64,000 nt of DNA, taken from Candidatus Bathyarchaeia archaeon (GTDB taxonomy: Archaea > Thermoproteota > Bathyarchaeia > 40CM-2-53-6). The stretch covers positions 32,001 to 96,000 of the forward strand of contig JBEKSC010000001.1 in NCBI GenBank assembly GCA_049517415.1, given 5' to 3'. This document shows positions 1 through 9,869 of this stretch, piece after piece (within the stretch, counting starts at the first letter, position 1; each line of letters begins with the position of its first letter). A program made the translations under genes and the position numbers. The notes below the pieces were generated by a model. It saw nothing but the letters and a program-made list of their open reading frames with translations. It was not told the origin of the DNA and made no database searches.

Positions 1-1
1 C

Positions 2-154
2 CGAACAGCCTCGTATCGAAACAAGGTCCTAGCTCGTTGCTGCGAGACGTGCAGCTACTACGACTCCAAGTCCGGGTGGGGCAGAGCTTGGTGGTGCAAG
101 AGACCATTCCAGTTCGAAGTTGCGCCCGCAACATGTTTTGAAGCGACGGTGTAG
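2..154 (+). CDS. Possible 3' end of a small Cys-rich protein (partial at window edge)
   Basis: Frame 2 is open from base 2 to TAG at 152-154: RTASYRNKVLARCCETCSYYDSKSGWGRAWWCKRPFQFEVAPATCFEATV, with CxxC plus further Cys. The start is outside the window. Confidence 0.3.
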   Translation, partial: RTASYRNKVLARCCETCSYYDSKSGWGRAWWCKRPFQFEVAPATCFEATV

Positions 155-548
155 CGGATCCCGATTCTGCTTTCCAAAAGTAGTGCTGTTTAGCTGTATT
201 AGTGCTCTAGCTCCATTACGAAACCGAATGCACTGGCTGGCAGAACCTGCGGCCCCCCGACGTCCAAGCACGCCTTTTCAAATTCGATGTTTTCCTAGAG
301 AAATGCGTCAAGCGAAACCAAGCGCTTCCGCATTGGAGAGTTTCTTATGGCCTGCGTGATGTCAACGCATTGCATGTGCTCCCCCCTCGCAGGCTATCTA
401 AGATGTAGAGAAGGTTTGATGTCGGGATTGCGTGAAGTTCAAAACGGACTGGTTTCGGATGTTAAACTGGAAGTTTGAACCGGCCCGACGGGTCTGGATC
501 CTAACACGCTCCAGTATTGGGCATTGGAAATTGGAATAGTTTCGAACG

Positions 549-557
549 CTTAAATAT
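549..557 (+). promoter_or_regulatory. Archaeal TATA box upstream of the aminotransferase
   Basis: CTTAAATAT lies ~25 nt upstream of ATG at 580, typical leaderless archaeal spacing. Confidence 0.5.
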
Positions 558-579
558 TCTGAGGGCACCAACTAAACTC

Positions 580-1947
580 ATGAATGCTCGACGCGAAACG
601 GTCACCGATGAGATTCTGAAGCAATATTATGCTCGATCTAAGAAGTCCCGTGCGTACTACGAACGCGCGTGCAAAGTTATTCCCAGCGGGAGCAATAGAG
701 GCGTAATTTTCTACCGTCCATACCCGGCGTACTCGAAGCGCGCTAAAGGCAGCCACATTTGGGACCAGAACAACGTTGAACGAATAGATTACTGCTTCAA
801 TTATAGCAGTCTTCTCCTGGGGCATTCTAACCCCGCAGTGATAAAGGCAATCAGGCAGGAGCTTGAGAATGGATTGGGAAGGGGGCAACCCACAACGGTT
901 GAGGTTGAACTCGCCGAGCAGGTCTGCAAGATGGTGCCAACGGCTGAAATGGTGAAGTTCACAGTCACGGGGACCGAGGCCGTGATGAACGCAATCAGGT
1001 CTGCTAGAGCGCACACGCGAAGAAACAAGATAATAGCCTTCGAAGGCGCCTATCACGGGTCAGCAGACGCCGTCTCAGTAGAGGGTCTCAATTTCAAGGC
1101 TGAAGGAATTCCAGTCGACGTGCAGAAAAACACCGTGGTTGTTCCGTTCAACGACACGGAGCGTCTGGAATCGACTCTGAAAGAGCACAAGGGAGATGTG
1201 GCGGCAGTCCTTTTGGAGCCGTTCCTGGGCGCAGGTGGTACGGTAGTACCGGACGAAAACTTCTCAAAGGCAGTGCGTGAAATCACAGAATCAATGGATG
1301 TAATGCTCATCCTCGACGAGATCGTAAGTGGTTTCCGAATAGCGAAAGGAGGGTGGCAGGAGAAGTATAGAATCAAGCCTGATCTGACAACTCTTGGAAA
1401 GAATGTTACGGGTGGGATGCCCGGCGGTGCGGTTTGCGGGGCGAAAGAGATAATGGAGGATGTTTATGCCTTCCCACCCTCTGATTCACTCGAAATGAAA
1501 TCTCCGAAAACTCCTCTTTCAGGTACCTTCACTGCCTTTCCGTTGAGCATGGCCGCAGGTCTAGCTACGCTCAAGATGCTGAAATCAGCGATCTATGAAC
1601 ACGTTGATTCTTTGGCTTCCACGCTTTCGAAGGAGTTTGTGAAGATAGGGTCCGACCTTGGTTTCGATGTCAGGGCTCCCACAAGCGGTTCGGTCTTTCA
1701 GTTCTATTTCAGCGGAAAGGACATCACGGACGTATGGGCCGTCAAGTCAGCAAATTCTGAACTCAGAAGGTATCTCGACCTTGGCCTCTTGAACAACGGG
1801 GTCTATCTAGCCCCTGGGCACTTCTGCTGCACTTCCTCCGCAACTTCAAGAGCAGACATTAAGCTGACCATAGCGGCGATGGAGAAAGTGCTTCGGTCGT
1901 TGAAACCCGTCGCGAAGGAAGCTCTAACGGCTACGGTCGCTAGATAG
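580..1947 (+). CDS. Class III PLP aminotransferase, glutamate-1-semialdehyde aminomutase (HemL)-like
   Basis: GTEAVMNAIRSAR, FEGAYHG, LILDEIVSGFR and PDLTTLGK (PLP Lys) motifs. Start moved to ATG 580 based on the TATA box. Confidence 0.85.
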   Translation: MNARRETVTDEILKQYYARSKKSRAYYERACKVIPSGSNRGVIFYRPYPAYSKRAKGSHIWDQNNVERIDYCFNYSSLLLGHSNPAVIKAIRQELENGLGRGQPTTVEVELAEQVCKMVPTAEMVKFTVTGTEAVMNAIRSARAHTRRNKIIAFEGAYHGSADAVSVEGLNFKAEGIPVDVQKNTVVVPFNDTERLESTLKEHKGDVAAVLLEPFLGAGGTVVPDENFSKAVREITESMDVMLILDEIVSGFRIAKGGWQEKYRIKPDLTTLGKNVTGGMPGGAVCGAKEIMEDVYAFPPSDSLEMKSPKTPLSGTFTAFPLSMAAGLATLKMLKSAIYEHVDSLASTLSKEFVKIGSDLGFDVRAPTSGSVFQFYFSGKDITDVWAVKSANSELRRYLDLGLLNNGVYLAPGHFCCTSSATSRADIKLTIAAMEKVLRSLKPVAKEALTATVAR

Positions 1948-2125
1948 CCAAGTCAGGACAAGTCAGGCAGGACACGACGAACGTGGCGACACGTCTAGCT
2001 CTTATTTTAGACTGATGCAGACTGGAGTCCCCATATCCTCTCGAACCATCGACTGACAACCAGACTGAAGTTGCGTTCTTGGTATCATTGAGTTACTACC
2101 CGCTGAAGTTCTCTGATTTGGATTC

Positions 2126-3136
2126 CTATGTACCGAAGGTATTAATCATCTGACTCATGTTTGGTGTTATTGGCAGGATAACTGGGTAGGAGGCACCCGC
2201 CTTGACATACGCCTGCACACCAGTTTTGCAATCCTCCGGAGTTCCCGAAACCGTCAGCATGTCTACAACCTTGTCATCCACGAGCTTCATCGCCGCCTTC
2301 GGCCCGTCTTTCGTCGGAGGCCACCCACCTAATGCCTTACCGACATCCTTGATGAGTTGTTCCTTCACCCCACTTGCAAGCCCGATGTGTGGTTGTTGGC
2401 CGAGATAAAGGGTCACCAAATATCTTGCGGCCTCCTTTGCCTTTTCCGCATCTTCGTCCATTGCGACACCGATGAGCTGTGGCCTATCAATCTCCGACAC
2501 CTTCTTGCCTGCCTTTTTGGCTCCCTTGCCAAGTGCATCCAAAGAAAGCTTCAGGTATGGGACCGAGGTGAAAGCATTGAGAAATACTCCGTCGGCTATT
2601 TCTCCCGTGAGCTCCATCATCTTGAGCCCTGTTGCCCCGATGTAGATAGGGACGTTTACAGGGTTCTTGGGTCTGCCGTATCCCAAGTCCAGTGCGATAT
2701 CTCTGACCTTCATCACCTTACCTTCGTAAGTGAACCTTTCGAGGTTGAACAGCCGTCGCATAATCCCCACGAACTCCCTCATCGCAGTGAGCGGCATCTT
2801 CCGCTCGATTCCTTGTTTCCACGCGAGAGGATCCCAGTAAGCACCTACTCCCAGTATGGCCCTCCCATGAGACAGTTCATCGAGGGTCGCAAATGTCATA
2901 GCCGTCAGAGAGGGGACTCTGGTCCAGATGTTTATGACTCCAGGAGCGAGTTTGACGCGTTTGGTTATTGGGGCGAAGGCACCCAAGACGGATATAGCGT
3001 CCCGAACCAGCCTAGTTTCGCACGCCCAAATCGAGTGAAAACCCTTCTGGTCAGCCAGTTTCGCAAGTTCAAGTTGTTCGTCGGTACCTGGTCTGTCAAG
3101 AAAACAGAGGCCAACCCGTTTGTCATCGGAAGACAT
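2126..3136 (-). CDS. Luciferase-like monooxygenase (LLM) family, probably F420-dependent oxidoreductase (Mer-like)
   Basis: GFHSIWACE, ATLDELSHGRAILGVG and PIYIGATGLKMMELTGEIADG motifs. TATA-like CTTATAT ~25 nt upstream. Confidence 0.85.
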   Translation of the reverse strand: MSSDDKRVGLCFLDRPGTDEQLELAKLADQKGFHSIWACETRLVRDAISVLGAFAPITKRVKLAPGVINIWTRVPSLTAMTFATLDELSHGRAILGVGAYWDPLAWKQGIERKMPLTAMREFVGIMRRLFNLERFTYEGKVMKVRDIALDLGYGRPKNPVNVPIYIGATGLKMMELTGEIADGVFLNAFTSVPYLKLSLDALGKGAKKAGKKVSEIDRPQLIGVAMDEDAEKAKEAARYLVTLYLGQQPHIGLASGVKEQLIKDVGKALGGWPPTKDGPKAAMKLVDDKVVDMLTVSGTPEDCKTGVQAYVKAGASYPVILPITPNMSQMINTFGT

Positions 3137-3292
3137 GTGCTACAGGCGGCCACTCAGAAGATATAAGCGTTTAATTTCAAGCGCGCTTGAATCCTTGGCT
3201 CAAATCAAATCGTCCATCATAACATCGTGAACAAAACCTTAATAGGACTTTTCGGAACTCAGAAGAATTACGAATTTCAAAGGGCGAGAATT

Positions 3293-4270
3293 ATGGATTT
3301 GAAAGGACGAGATTACATCTCTCTGAAGGACTATAACGAAGAAGAGCTCTACATGATTTTTGACACTGCTGCGGATCTAAAGAGAAAACTCAAACGTAAT
3401 GAACCTCACGAGTTGCTCAGAGGAAAAACGATGGCGATGATTTTTGATATGCCCTCCACCCGAACAAGAATCTCGATGGAGACGCTGATGACGCAACTTG
3501 GTGGTCATGCACAAATGATCACTTCGGAGCAGTACTGGACAACAAAGAAAGAATCTTTGGCCGACTCTGCCAAAGTTTTCAGTAGATATGTGAACGGCGT
3601 CTTCATTAGGACATTCGCATACAAGGACATAAAGGAATTCGCCGACTACGCGAGCGTACCTGTCATCAATGCCTATTGTGACATGGAACATCCCTGCCAA
3701 GTCGCGGCTGACATAATGACAACCAGGGAGAAGAAGGGTACTTTGAAGGGCAGAAAGACTACCATAGCTTGGGCTTTCTCCAATTTCAACAAATCGCTTG
3801 GAATCGTGAATTCGACACTCTATACCGCTCCAAAGCTCGGTATGGACCTAACAATAGCCTGTCCTGAAGGATACGAACCAGACGCAGAAGTTGTGGAGTA
3901 TGCGAAATCAGTAGCAAAAGAAACAGGAGCGCAAGTTGAGATAACATCAGACTTGAACGAGGCCGTCCGAGACGCTGATGTGATTCATATCAAAGGCTGG
4001 GCCCCGCACGAGATAATTCGAATGGGCCCGAAAGGAATCGATGCCATGTCTCCGCACAGGCAAAACCCTGGTAAATACAAGCAATGGGTAATCAAGCAAG
4101 AACACCTGGATTTGGCAAAGAAGGGAGTCAACATACAGCATGCTCTACCTGTTGAAAGAGGCGTCGAGGCTTTGGATGAAATCATGGACGGGCCGAATTC
4201 CGTAATCTTCGACGAAGCCGAGAACAGACTGCACTCCGCGAAAGGAGTGGTAGCACTCATTCTCGAATAG
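3293..4270 (+). CDS. Carbamoyltransferase of the ATCase/OTCase superfamily, knotted YgeW/AOTCase-like
   Basis: STRT, HPCQ, HALP and EAENRLH motifs present. The OTCase DxxxSMG motif is absent, replaced by IHIKGWAP, and there is an AWAFSNFNKSL loop as in YgeW/AOTCase-type enzymes. Confidence 0.8.
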   Translation: MDLKGRDYISLKDYNEEELYMIFDTAADLKRKLKRNEPHELLRGKTMAMIFDMPSTRTRISMETLMTQLGGHAQMITSEQYWTTKKESLADSAKVFSRYVNGVFIRTFAYKDIKEFADYASVPVINAYCDMEHPCQVAADIMTTREKKGTLKGRKTTIAWAFSNFNKSLGIVNSTLYTAPKLGMDLTIACPEGYEPDAEVVEYAKSVAKETGAQVEITSDLNEAVRDADVIHIKGWAPHEIIRMGPKGIDAMSPHRQNPGKYKQWVIKQEHLDLAKKGVNIQHALPVERGVEALDEIMDGPNSVIFDEAENRLHSAKGVVALILE

Positions 4271-4766
4271 AACCCGAATCATTGCCGTCCCTGCCCCCGC
4301 GAAAGTAGTTTCCCGGGGTCCCCATTCCACATTGTTCTCTATTCCTAAATTGCCCACCTTATTCGAAGTACCTCTCTTCTTTCGAGCGAGACTAACGCTG
4401 CCGAATCAATGGACAAGACTCTGGCTGTATCGACCAAGACGAAGCGGGCTCAGGCGACAGGACGAGTCCTTAGCTGGCGACGATTCTACAAATTGTGGGT
4501 TAGCCTGAACCTTTTCGTCAGCCTCAGCAGATGCTTCGTTTGACTGGTCGTGGATCGCCTGCGCCGCTATTTGAGACAAGAGCCTCCTTGACGAAACACA
4601 CTTCATCTTACTCATTATTTTCTCATCCTCGACAGAGTATATGGCACCATCGCAGCTGTCAATGTCATTCGTTGAACAGCCCTAACAATAGAAAGTCGCC
4701 ATCATCCATAGAAAATCGCCACGTGAGAGCCCTATTGGAACGGATAGGACACTCCAAATAAGTACT

Positions 4767-4785
4767 CGAAGCGACCGGCGCTTCG
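4767..4785. terminator. Short perfect hairpin downstream of hydA
   Basis: CGAAGCG-accgg-CGCTTCG inverted repeat ~20 nt past the hydA stop. Confidence 0.3.
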
Positions 4786-4806
4786 GCGATACCCTGCTAT
4801 CGCGGT

Positions 4807-6189
4807 TTACAAGTCGGGCCGACCCGAAACAAAGGGGACGCCCTTGACGAATTGTCCCCTACCCTTCTTGCCACTGAACTGGCCGTTTTCAGCGATGACA
4901 TCACCTCGTGAGATCGTCATGACAGGATACCCGGTTACGGTGACGTCCTCGTAAATCGAGTAGTCAATATTACTGTGTAGATTGTCCGCCGAAAGTCTTA
5001 CTTTCTTTTGGGGATCGAATATTATGATGTCAGCGTCGCTGCCCACTGCGATGGTTCCTTTTCTTGGGTAAAGGCCATACATCTTTGCAGCATTAGAGGA
5101 CCCTACCTGTACCAATCGATTGAGAGAAAAGATATTCTTTCCAATGCCCTGAGAATAGAGTATGGGTAGAATCTGCTCTGTACCGGGAACACCATTCGGA
5201 ACCTTGTCGAAGCCATGCTGATTCTTCTGCTCCAAAGTGAATACCGCGTGATCACTGCCGACTGTTTGAATAGAACCATTTGCCAAACCTTGCCATAACT
5301 TTGCGCTGTCCTCTTCACTTCTAAGTGGTGGCGACATGATGTACCGATTCCCATCGGGTCTCCTTAGTGCCTCATCCGTAAAGGTAAGGTAATGCGGACA
5401 GGTTTCTGAGTAGATGGGAACGCCTCTAGTCTGAGCCTCTTTGATTTCGTTTACGGCTAGACCTGTCGATACGTGGACTATGTATAAGGGAGAATGTGCC
5501 ATCTCAGCCAGCCGGATACCTCGCTGAACCGCCTCTGCCTCAGCCAATGATGGCCTCGACTTTGCATGATACTCCGGGTCAATCTTACCTTCACTCAGAT
5601 ATCGAGCCACGAGACAATCAATGACTTCGCCGTTCTCAGCATGTAGACCAACTAAACTTCCGTTCTTTACGGCTTCTTCCATGACTCTGAATATTGATCC
5701 ATCATTCATGGAAAATGCCCCCTTATACGCCATGAAAACCTTCAAACTCACAACCCCCTCCGCTGTTAACGCGCCAACTTGGCTGAGATTAGTGGGATTG
5801 AAGTCTCTGAAAATCATATGAAGACCATAATCAATGGTTACCTTGGGATCAGCTTTCATGCGCCATGTCTTGTACGCATCCAGCAGAGTATCGCCCTTGG
5901 ATGGAGTGGCAAAATCAACGATTGTAGTTACGCCCCCACATGCAGCGGCCACCGTGCCATGATAGAAATCATCAATCGTTTCCGTTCCCATGAATGGCAT
6001 TTCCATATGTGTATGACCATCGATGAATCCCGGAAAGACCAACTTTCCTTGGGCATTTATCACCCTGCTGGCGGACTCCTTGCTCGACTTTGAGACTTCG
6101 ACTACTTTTCCATCTTTTATTCCGATTTCTCCTTCGAACGTATCTGATCCCGTAACAATCTTTCCATTTCTTATTATCAAGTCTAGCAT
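4807..6189 (-). CDS. hydA: Dihydropyrimidinase / D-hydantoinase
   Basis: PGFIDGHTH, GGVTT, SLKVFMAY (carboxylated Lys), HAEN, VHVS, ETCPHYL, MSPPLR and SDH motifs. Confidence 0.9.
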   Translation of the reverse strand: MLDLIIRNGKIVTGSDTFEGEIGIKDGKVVEVSKSSKESASRVINAQGKLVFPGFIDGHTHMEMPFMGTETIDDFYHGTVAAACGGVTTIVDFATPSKGDTLLDAYKTWRMKADPKVTIDYGLHMIFRDFNPTNLSQVGALTAEGVVSLKVFMAYKGAFSMNDGSIFRVMEEAVKNGSLVGLHAENGEVIDCLVARYLSEGKIDPEYHAKSRPSLAEAEAVQRGIRLAEMAHSPLYIVHVSTGLAVNEIKEAQTRGVPIYSETCPHYLTFTDEALRRPDGNRYIMSPPLRSEEDSAKLWQGLANGSIQTVGSDHAVFTLEQKNQHGFDKVPNGVPGTEQILPILYSQGIGKNIFSLNRLVQVGSSNAAKMYGLYPRKGTIAVGSDADIIIFDPQKKVRLSADNLHSNIDYSIYEDVTVTGYPVMTISRGDVIAENGQFSGKKGRGQFVKGVPFVSGRPDL

Positions 6190-6511
6190 TGATGACGCCG
6201 TCTCAACTTAGCAGAGTCCTTAATTATTAATGGTTTCTCGAGCGATTCTCAAGCGGCCCGCACTGTTAGCCAATAGGATGCTGACGATGGTTTTCCAAAA
6301 GCCTTCTCTGCTTACGAGAGGTTCATTTGAAGCCGGTATGGCTCAACTTGGCGAGGGTGCATGACGTTAAAGGCATACCCCAATGACGCGGCGGACATAA
6401 TCTTTGGCGAGGATCCAAAAGATCATGTAGTTGTCCTCTGCAGTACGGCCGACATGATTACTGCCCTGGGCAGCTAGGAGCCCCGGGTTCCTAGGCTAGG
6501 CCGCGTAACCC

Positions 6512-6979
6512 TCAAAATTGCTTTAGGATGTCTTCTCTTTCCATGATGTGACCGCAGAAAGAGCATCCTAATCTAATGGGTTCTCGTTGAGTCACGCCAA
6601 ACTGTGGTTGAACGGGTTCCCTCGAATTTGAGATACAAGAGGGGTTGTCGCATTTCAGAATGCCCCGAATTGTAGACGGGAGTTCAACGTTTTTCTTAGT
6701 CGTGACTTCATAGTTCCGAATTATGTTGATCGTGGCCTTTGAAGCAATTAGGGCGATCTTGTTCACTTCTGCTGGCTTAAGTTCCCTATCCTGAATCTTT
6801 ACGATGTCTTTGTGACCAAGTCCTTTGCTGTCAACATTCATTGCTGCAGTTACAGCCCCTCCTGCCTTTCCGTTGATGCCGAGAATTTTCAATACGTCAA
6901 GAGCGAAACCAGGCGTTATGTGATCGATGACTGTTCCATCCCTGATCTTGCTAACGTAAAGTTCTTGTCGTGTCTCCAA
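6512..6979 (-). CDS. pyrI: Aspartate carbamoyltransferase regulatory subunit
   Basis: GTVIDHI, KDIVK, and Zn ligands C-DNPS-C and CSFC. Confidence 0.95.
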   Translation of the reverse strand: METRQELYVSKIRDGTVIDHITPGFALDVLKILGINGKAGGAVTAAMNVDSKGLGHKDIVKIQDRELKPAEVNKIALIASKATINIIRNYEVTTKKNVELPSTIRGILKCDNPSCISNSREPVQPQFGVTQREPIRLGCSFCGHIMEREDILKQF

Positions 6980-7050
6980 AGCGGCTCAATCAAGCGATGA
7001 CGCCGACAATTATTTAAGCATGAAAATCAACAAGACGCGGGCGTATTGAA

Positions 7051-7971
7051 GTGCAGTTTGCCGGAAGAGATATCGTATCGATCAAAGATTTCTCGCGGGA
7101 AGAGATCGACCACATTCTGAAGATGACAGATGTCGTCGAGCCGATGGCGAAAACAGGTTCGCATGCGCTTGACGGCAAAATTATGGCTACGCTGTTCTTC
7201 GAGCCCAGCACTCGAACTCGTCTCAGCTTCGAATCTGCAATGTATCGTTACGGCGGCAAATGCTTAGGTTTCGCTGAACCTAAAGTTGCATCAGTTGAAA
7301 AAGGAGAGAACTTGGCGGATACCGTCCGTACCGTAGAGAGCTATGCAGATATTCTTGTCATTCGTCACCCTCTGGAAGGCGCGGCACGTCTAGCTGCCGA
7401 GTTTGCCTCCGTCCCAGTCATCAACGCCGGAACGGGAGCTGAAGAACATCCGACTCAGGCTATGCTTGACCTCTACACGATGCGAAAGGAAACGGGAAAG
7501 CTAGATGGGTTGAATGTCGCACTCGCCGGCGATCTCAGGTACGGGCGGACCGTTCACTCACTAGCATATGCGCTTTCGCTATATGACATCAACCTCTACT
7601 TGATTTCACCACCTCTGCTAAGGATGAGAAAGGAGGTGTTGGAAGAGGTCAAAGATCGAATCAAGATCCAGGAGCTTGAGGATCTATCCAAAGTAATCCC
7701 GCAAGTTGATGTTCTCTACATGACACGGATTCAGAAGGAACGTTTTGGTTCCTTGGAGGACTACGAAAAGGTTCGCGGATCCTACAAACTTGCCGCGGGC
7801 GACCTAAGCACAGCAAAGCCCGGAATGATTCTCATGCATCCGTTGCCTCGAGTTGACGAAATCGCATACGACGTCGACGCCACTCCTCACTCCAAATACT
7901 TCAAACAGGTCTTCTATGGACTTCTGGTGAGGATGGCTTTAATCGGGCTTGTTCTCGGCGCCTTGAGTTAA
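7051..7971 (+). CDS. pyrB: Aspartate carbamoyltransferase catalytic subunit
   Basis: FFEPSTRTRLSF, HPTQ, GDLRYGRTVHSL, TRIQKER and HPLPR motifs. Confidence 0.97.
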   Translation: MQFAGRDIVSIKDFSREEIDHILKMTDVVEPMAKTGSHALDGKIMATLFFEPSTRTRLSFESAMYRYGGKCLGFAEPKVASVEKGENLADTVRTVESYADILVIRHPLEGAARLAAEFASVPVINAGTGAEEHPTQAMLDLYTMRKETGKLDGLNVALAGDLRYGRTVHSLAYALSLYDINLYLISPPLLRMRKEVLEEVKDRIKIQELEDLSKVIPQVDVLYMTRIQKERFGSLEDYEKVRGSYKLAAGDLSTAKPGMILMHPLPRVDEIAYDVDATPHSKYFKQVFYGLLVRMALIGLVLGALS

Positions 7972-8142
7972 ACGGAGTCGCAACCGCGGGCACCGATTGT
8001 AATATTCGCGATCAGATTTGCAGTAATCCTTCCTTGAGGACGTAACCAGCATAGGGCTGGCGCAAAACTTGACTGCCATGTTGGAAGATGCAGAAGCCGC
8101 AAGTTATTTCTAGAAGATGCAATAATTGCTTAGGGTTCTGAA

Positions 8143-8604
8143 ATGGAGCATATCGAAGATAGGAAAGCCCATCAAGGTTTCATGAAGGTAGCCATCGAGG
8201 AAGCAAAGCTCGGAATGCATGAGGGGGGCGTTCCAATTGGGTCCGTCCTTGTACGGAACGGAAAGATCATTGGACAGGGACACAACAGACACATACAGGA
8301 GCGAGACCCAACCTCGCACGCAGAAATCGATTGTCTTCGCAAGGCAGGAAGAATAGGTAGCTATAGCGACACAACAATCTACTCCACATTGATGCCTTGC
8401 TACCTCTGTTCAGGAGCAGTCGTCCAATTTGGAATAAGCAAGGTAGTTGTGGGAGAATCGGCGACTTTTCCCGGAGGTGAGGAGTTAATGGTAAGCCATG
8501 GCGTTCAGGTAATCAACCTAAACCTCGATGAATGCAAAGAAATCATGAAGCAGTTCATAGAGAAATATCCGAAGCTATGGGATGAGGATATAGGGAAACT
8601 CTGA
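8143..8604 (+). CDS. Cytosine/creatinine (nucleoside) deaminase, fungal Fcy1-type fold
   Basis: EGGVPIG, HAE, PCYLC Zn motif and C-terminal WDEDIG. Confidence 0.85.
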   Translation: MEHIEDRKAHQGFMKVAIEEAKLGMHEGGVPIGSVLVRNGKIIGQGHNRHIQERDPTSHAEIDCLRKAGRIGSYSDTTIYSTLMPCYLCSGAVVQFGISKVVVGESATFPGGEELMVSHGVQVINLNLDECKEIMKQFIEKYPKLWDEDIGKL

Positions 8605-8641
8605 CGGCTTCGTTGCCTGGTTACTGAATCTGACATGACTT

Positions 8642-9733
8642 TTATCTCAGAGGATCCGCCTTTACTTTTTCTAATCCTTTCTCGAGTCTGAGCAGCTCAT
8701 CTGACGCTATCTTTTCCTGCCAATCCTTCAATTCTCCGATCTCTAGCAGACTTTTCATTAATCGTATACTGTTTTCTAGGTGGCCAGCTATGTCACCTTC
8801 TTCATAACCCAGGCCGTTGAAGAGTCTACTTTGACGCGCGGACCAATCACCGGGTTGATCCGACCCGGGAACAAATTCATGTAGATATTCCACAAATGTG
8901 ACTCTATCGACCAAGGCGCCGAGTTTGCTGATCGAATGATCCCTTCGCCAAAGCCATTCGTCTACCCCGTATAGTGGCATGTCGTAATTGTTGGCGCAGA
9001 GAGCGGTTAGATTGCCGATTGCAAATGCTACTAATGGAATACCGTGGCTTCGCGCAATTTTGTCGAGCAGCTTGAGTCCTTCTAGAGCGATGAATCCATA
9101 GAGAATCCACTTGGAGATATGCGAGCCGACTTCTTCGCAATGATTAATGGCGGCTCTGATGCTGACTTCGGCTGACCTACTGCTTGCCACTGTATCTTGC
9201 ATTATCAAGAAAACCTCGCTGTTTGCGGGAAGTTCCGCAAAATCTTCGTAAACTATGTCAAGTTGTCGGTGAACTATGCCGTCGTGATCTCGATAAGATG
9301 TGTGAGTGTAGCGAGGCCTAATGTTGACGGTTCTATAGTTGCCTGGTATTACTCGACTCGCTGCCTGATGCAGGTTGTACCCGGGAGCGGCTCGGAGTAT
9401 TTGTTCAAATACTATTGCGCCCTCCTTAGCGGTATTGATTTGTGATAGTTCGAGAATTGCAGGAAGACTCTGTTCTGCAGCCTCTAGTGTGAGTTTTTCA
9501 AGTTCATCCCCGACCACATGTGGGTGGCAAGCGATTCTTCGGGTCATAGGAGTGTCGATGATGAAGGCATTCAATGAGGAGCTTTGAACTTCAAAGACTC
9601 TAGTCTGCGGATTAAGATTTGTTTTAGTTAGCTTAGCGGGTCTTGTAGCGTCGACATTGACGCCGTATTCCTGAATTATGGAATCCACTAGGTTTGTTTC
9701 AAGTTCTTCCAATTGCTCCATCTCGGAAAACAA
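8642..9733 (-). CDS. Hypothetical protein, atypical type I phosphoribosyltransferase (UPRT-like)
   Basis: ILRA (cf. UPRT ILRAG) and a hydrophobic strand plus D-loop VFLIMQDTVASSRS resembling the PRPP-binding motif. Confidence 0.55.
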   Translation of the reverse strand: MFSEMEQLEELETNLVDSIIQEYGVNVDATRPAKLTKTNLNPQTRVFEVQSSSLNAFIIDTPMTRRIACHPHVVGDELEKLTLEAAEQSLPAILELSQINTAKEGAIVFEQILRAAPGYNLHQAASRVIPGNYRTVNIRPRYTHTSYRDHDGIVHRQLDIVYEDFAELPANSEVFLIMQDTVASSRSAEVSIRAAINHCEEVGSHISKWILYGFIALEGLKLLDKIARSHGIPLVAFAIGNLTALCANNYDMPLYGVDEWLWRRDHSISKLGALVDRVTFVEYLHEFVPGSDQPGDWSARQSRLFNGLGYEEGDIAGHLENSIRLMKSLLEIGELKDWQEKIASDELLRLEKGLEKVKADPLR

Positions 9734-9869
9734 GGTTCCAAGATAGGCGATGGCTCATTGAAATAATTACCCACCAGCATTCAGGAACAAATCATAACGG
9801 AATTCTCAAGCCGCAGAAACTAACCTTGGCTTAATGTTAAATACTATAAGACGAGCATCATTCGAGACT

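Noticed and set aside
580..1947. Calling the aminotransferase hemL
   Set aside because: The fold is HemL-like, but no hem genes are nearby and the context is catabolic, so specificity cannot be fixed from motifs.
1950..1975. AGTCAGGAC/AGTCAGGCAGGAC short direct repeat
   Set aside because: Only two short imperfect copies; not a CRISPR or meaningful repeat.
4406..4615. 69-aa intergenic ORF between carbamoyltransferase and hydA
   Set aside because: No recognisable family or signals.
4807..6189. Dihydroorotase pyrC, because it is adjacent to pyrBI
   Set aside because: Motifs (HTHMEMPF, KVFMAY) fit dihydropyrimidinase/hydantoinase, not the PyrC HxHxR pattern.
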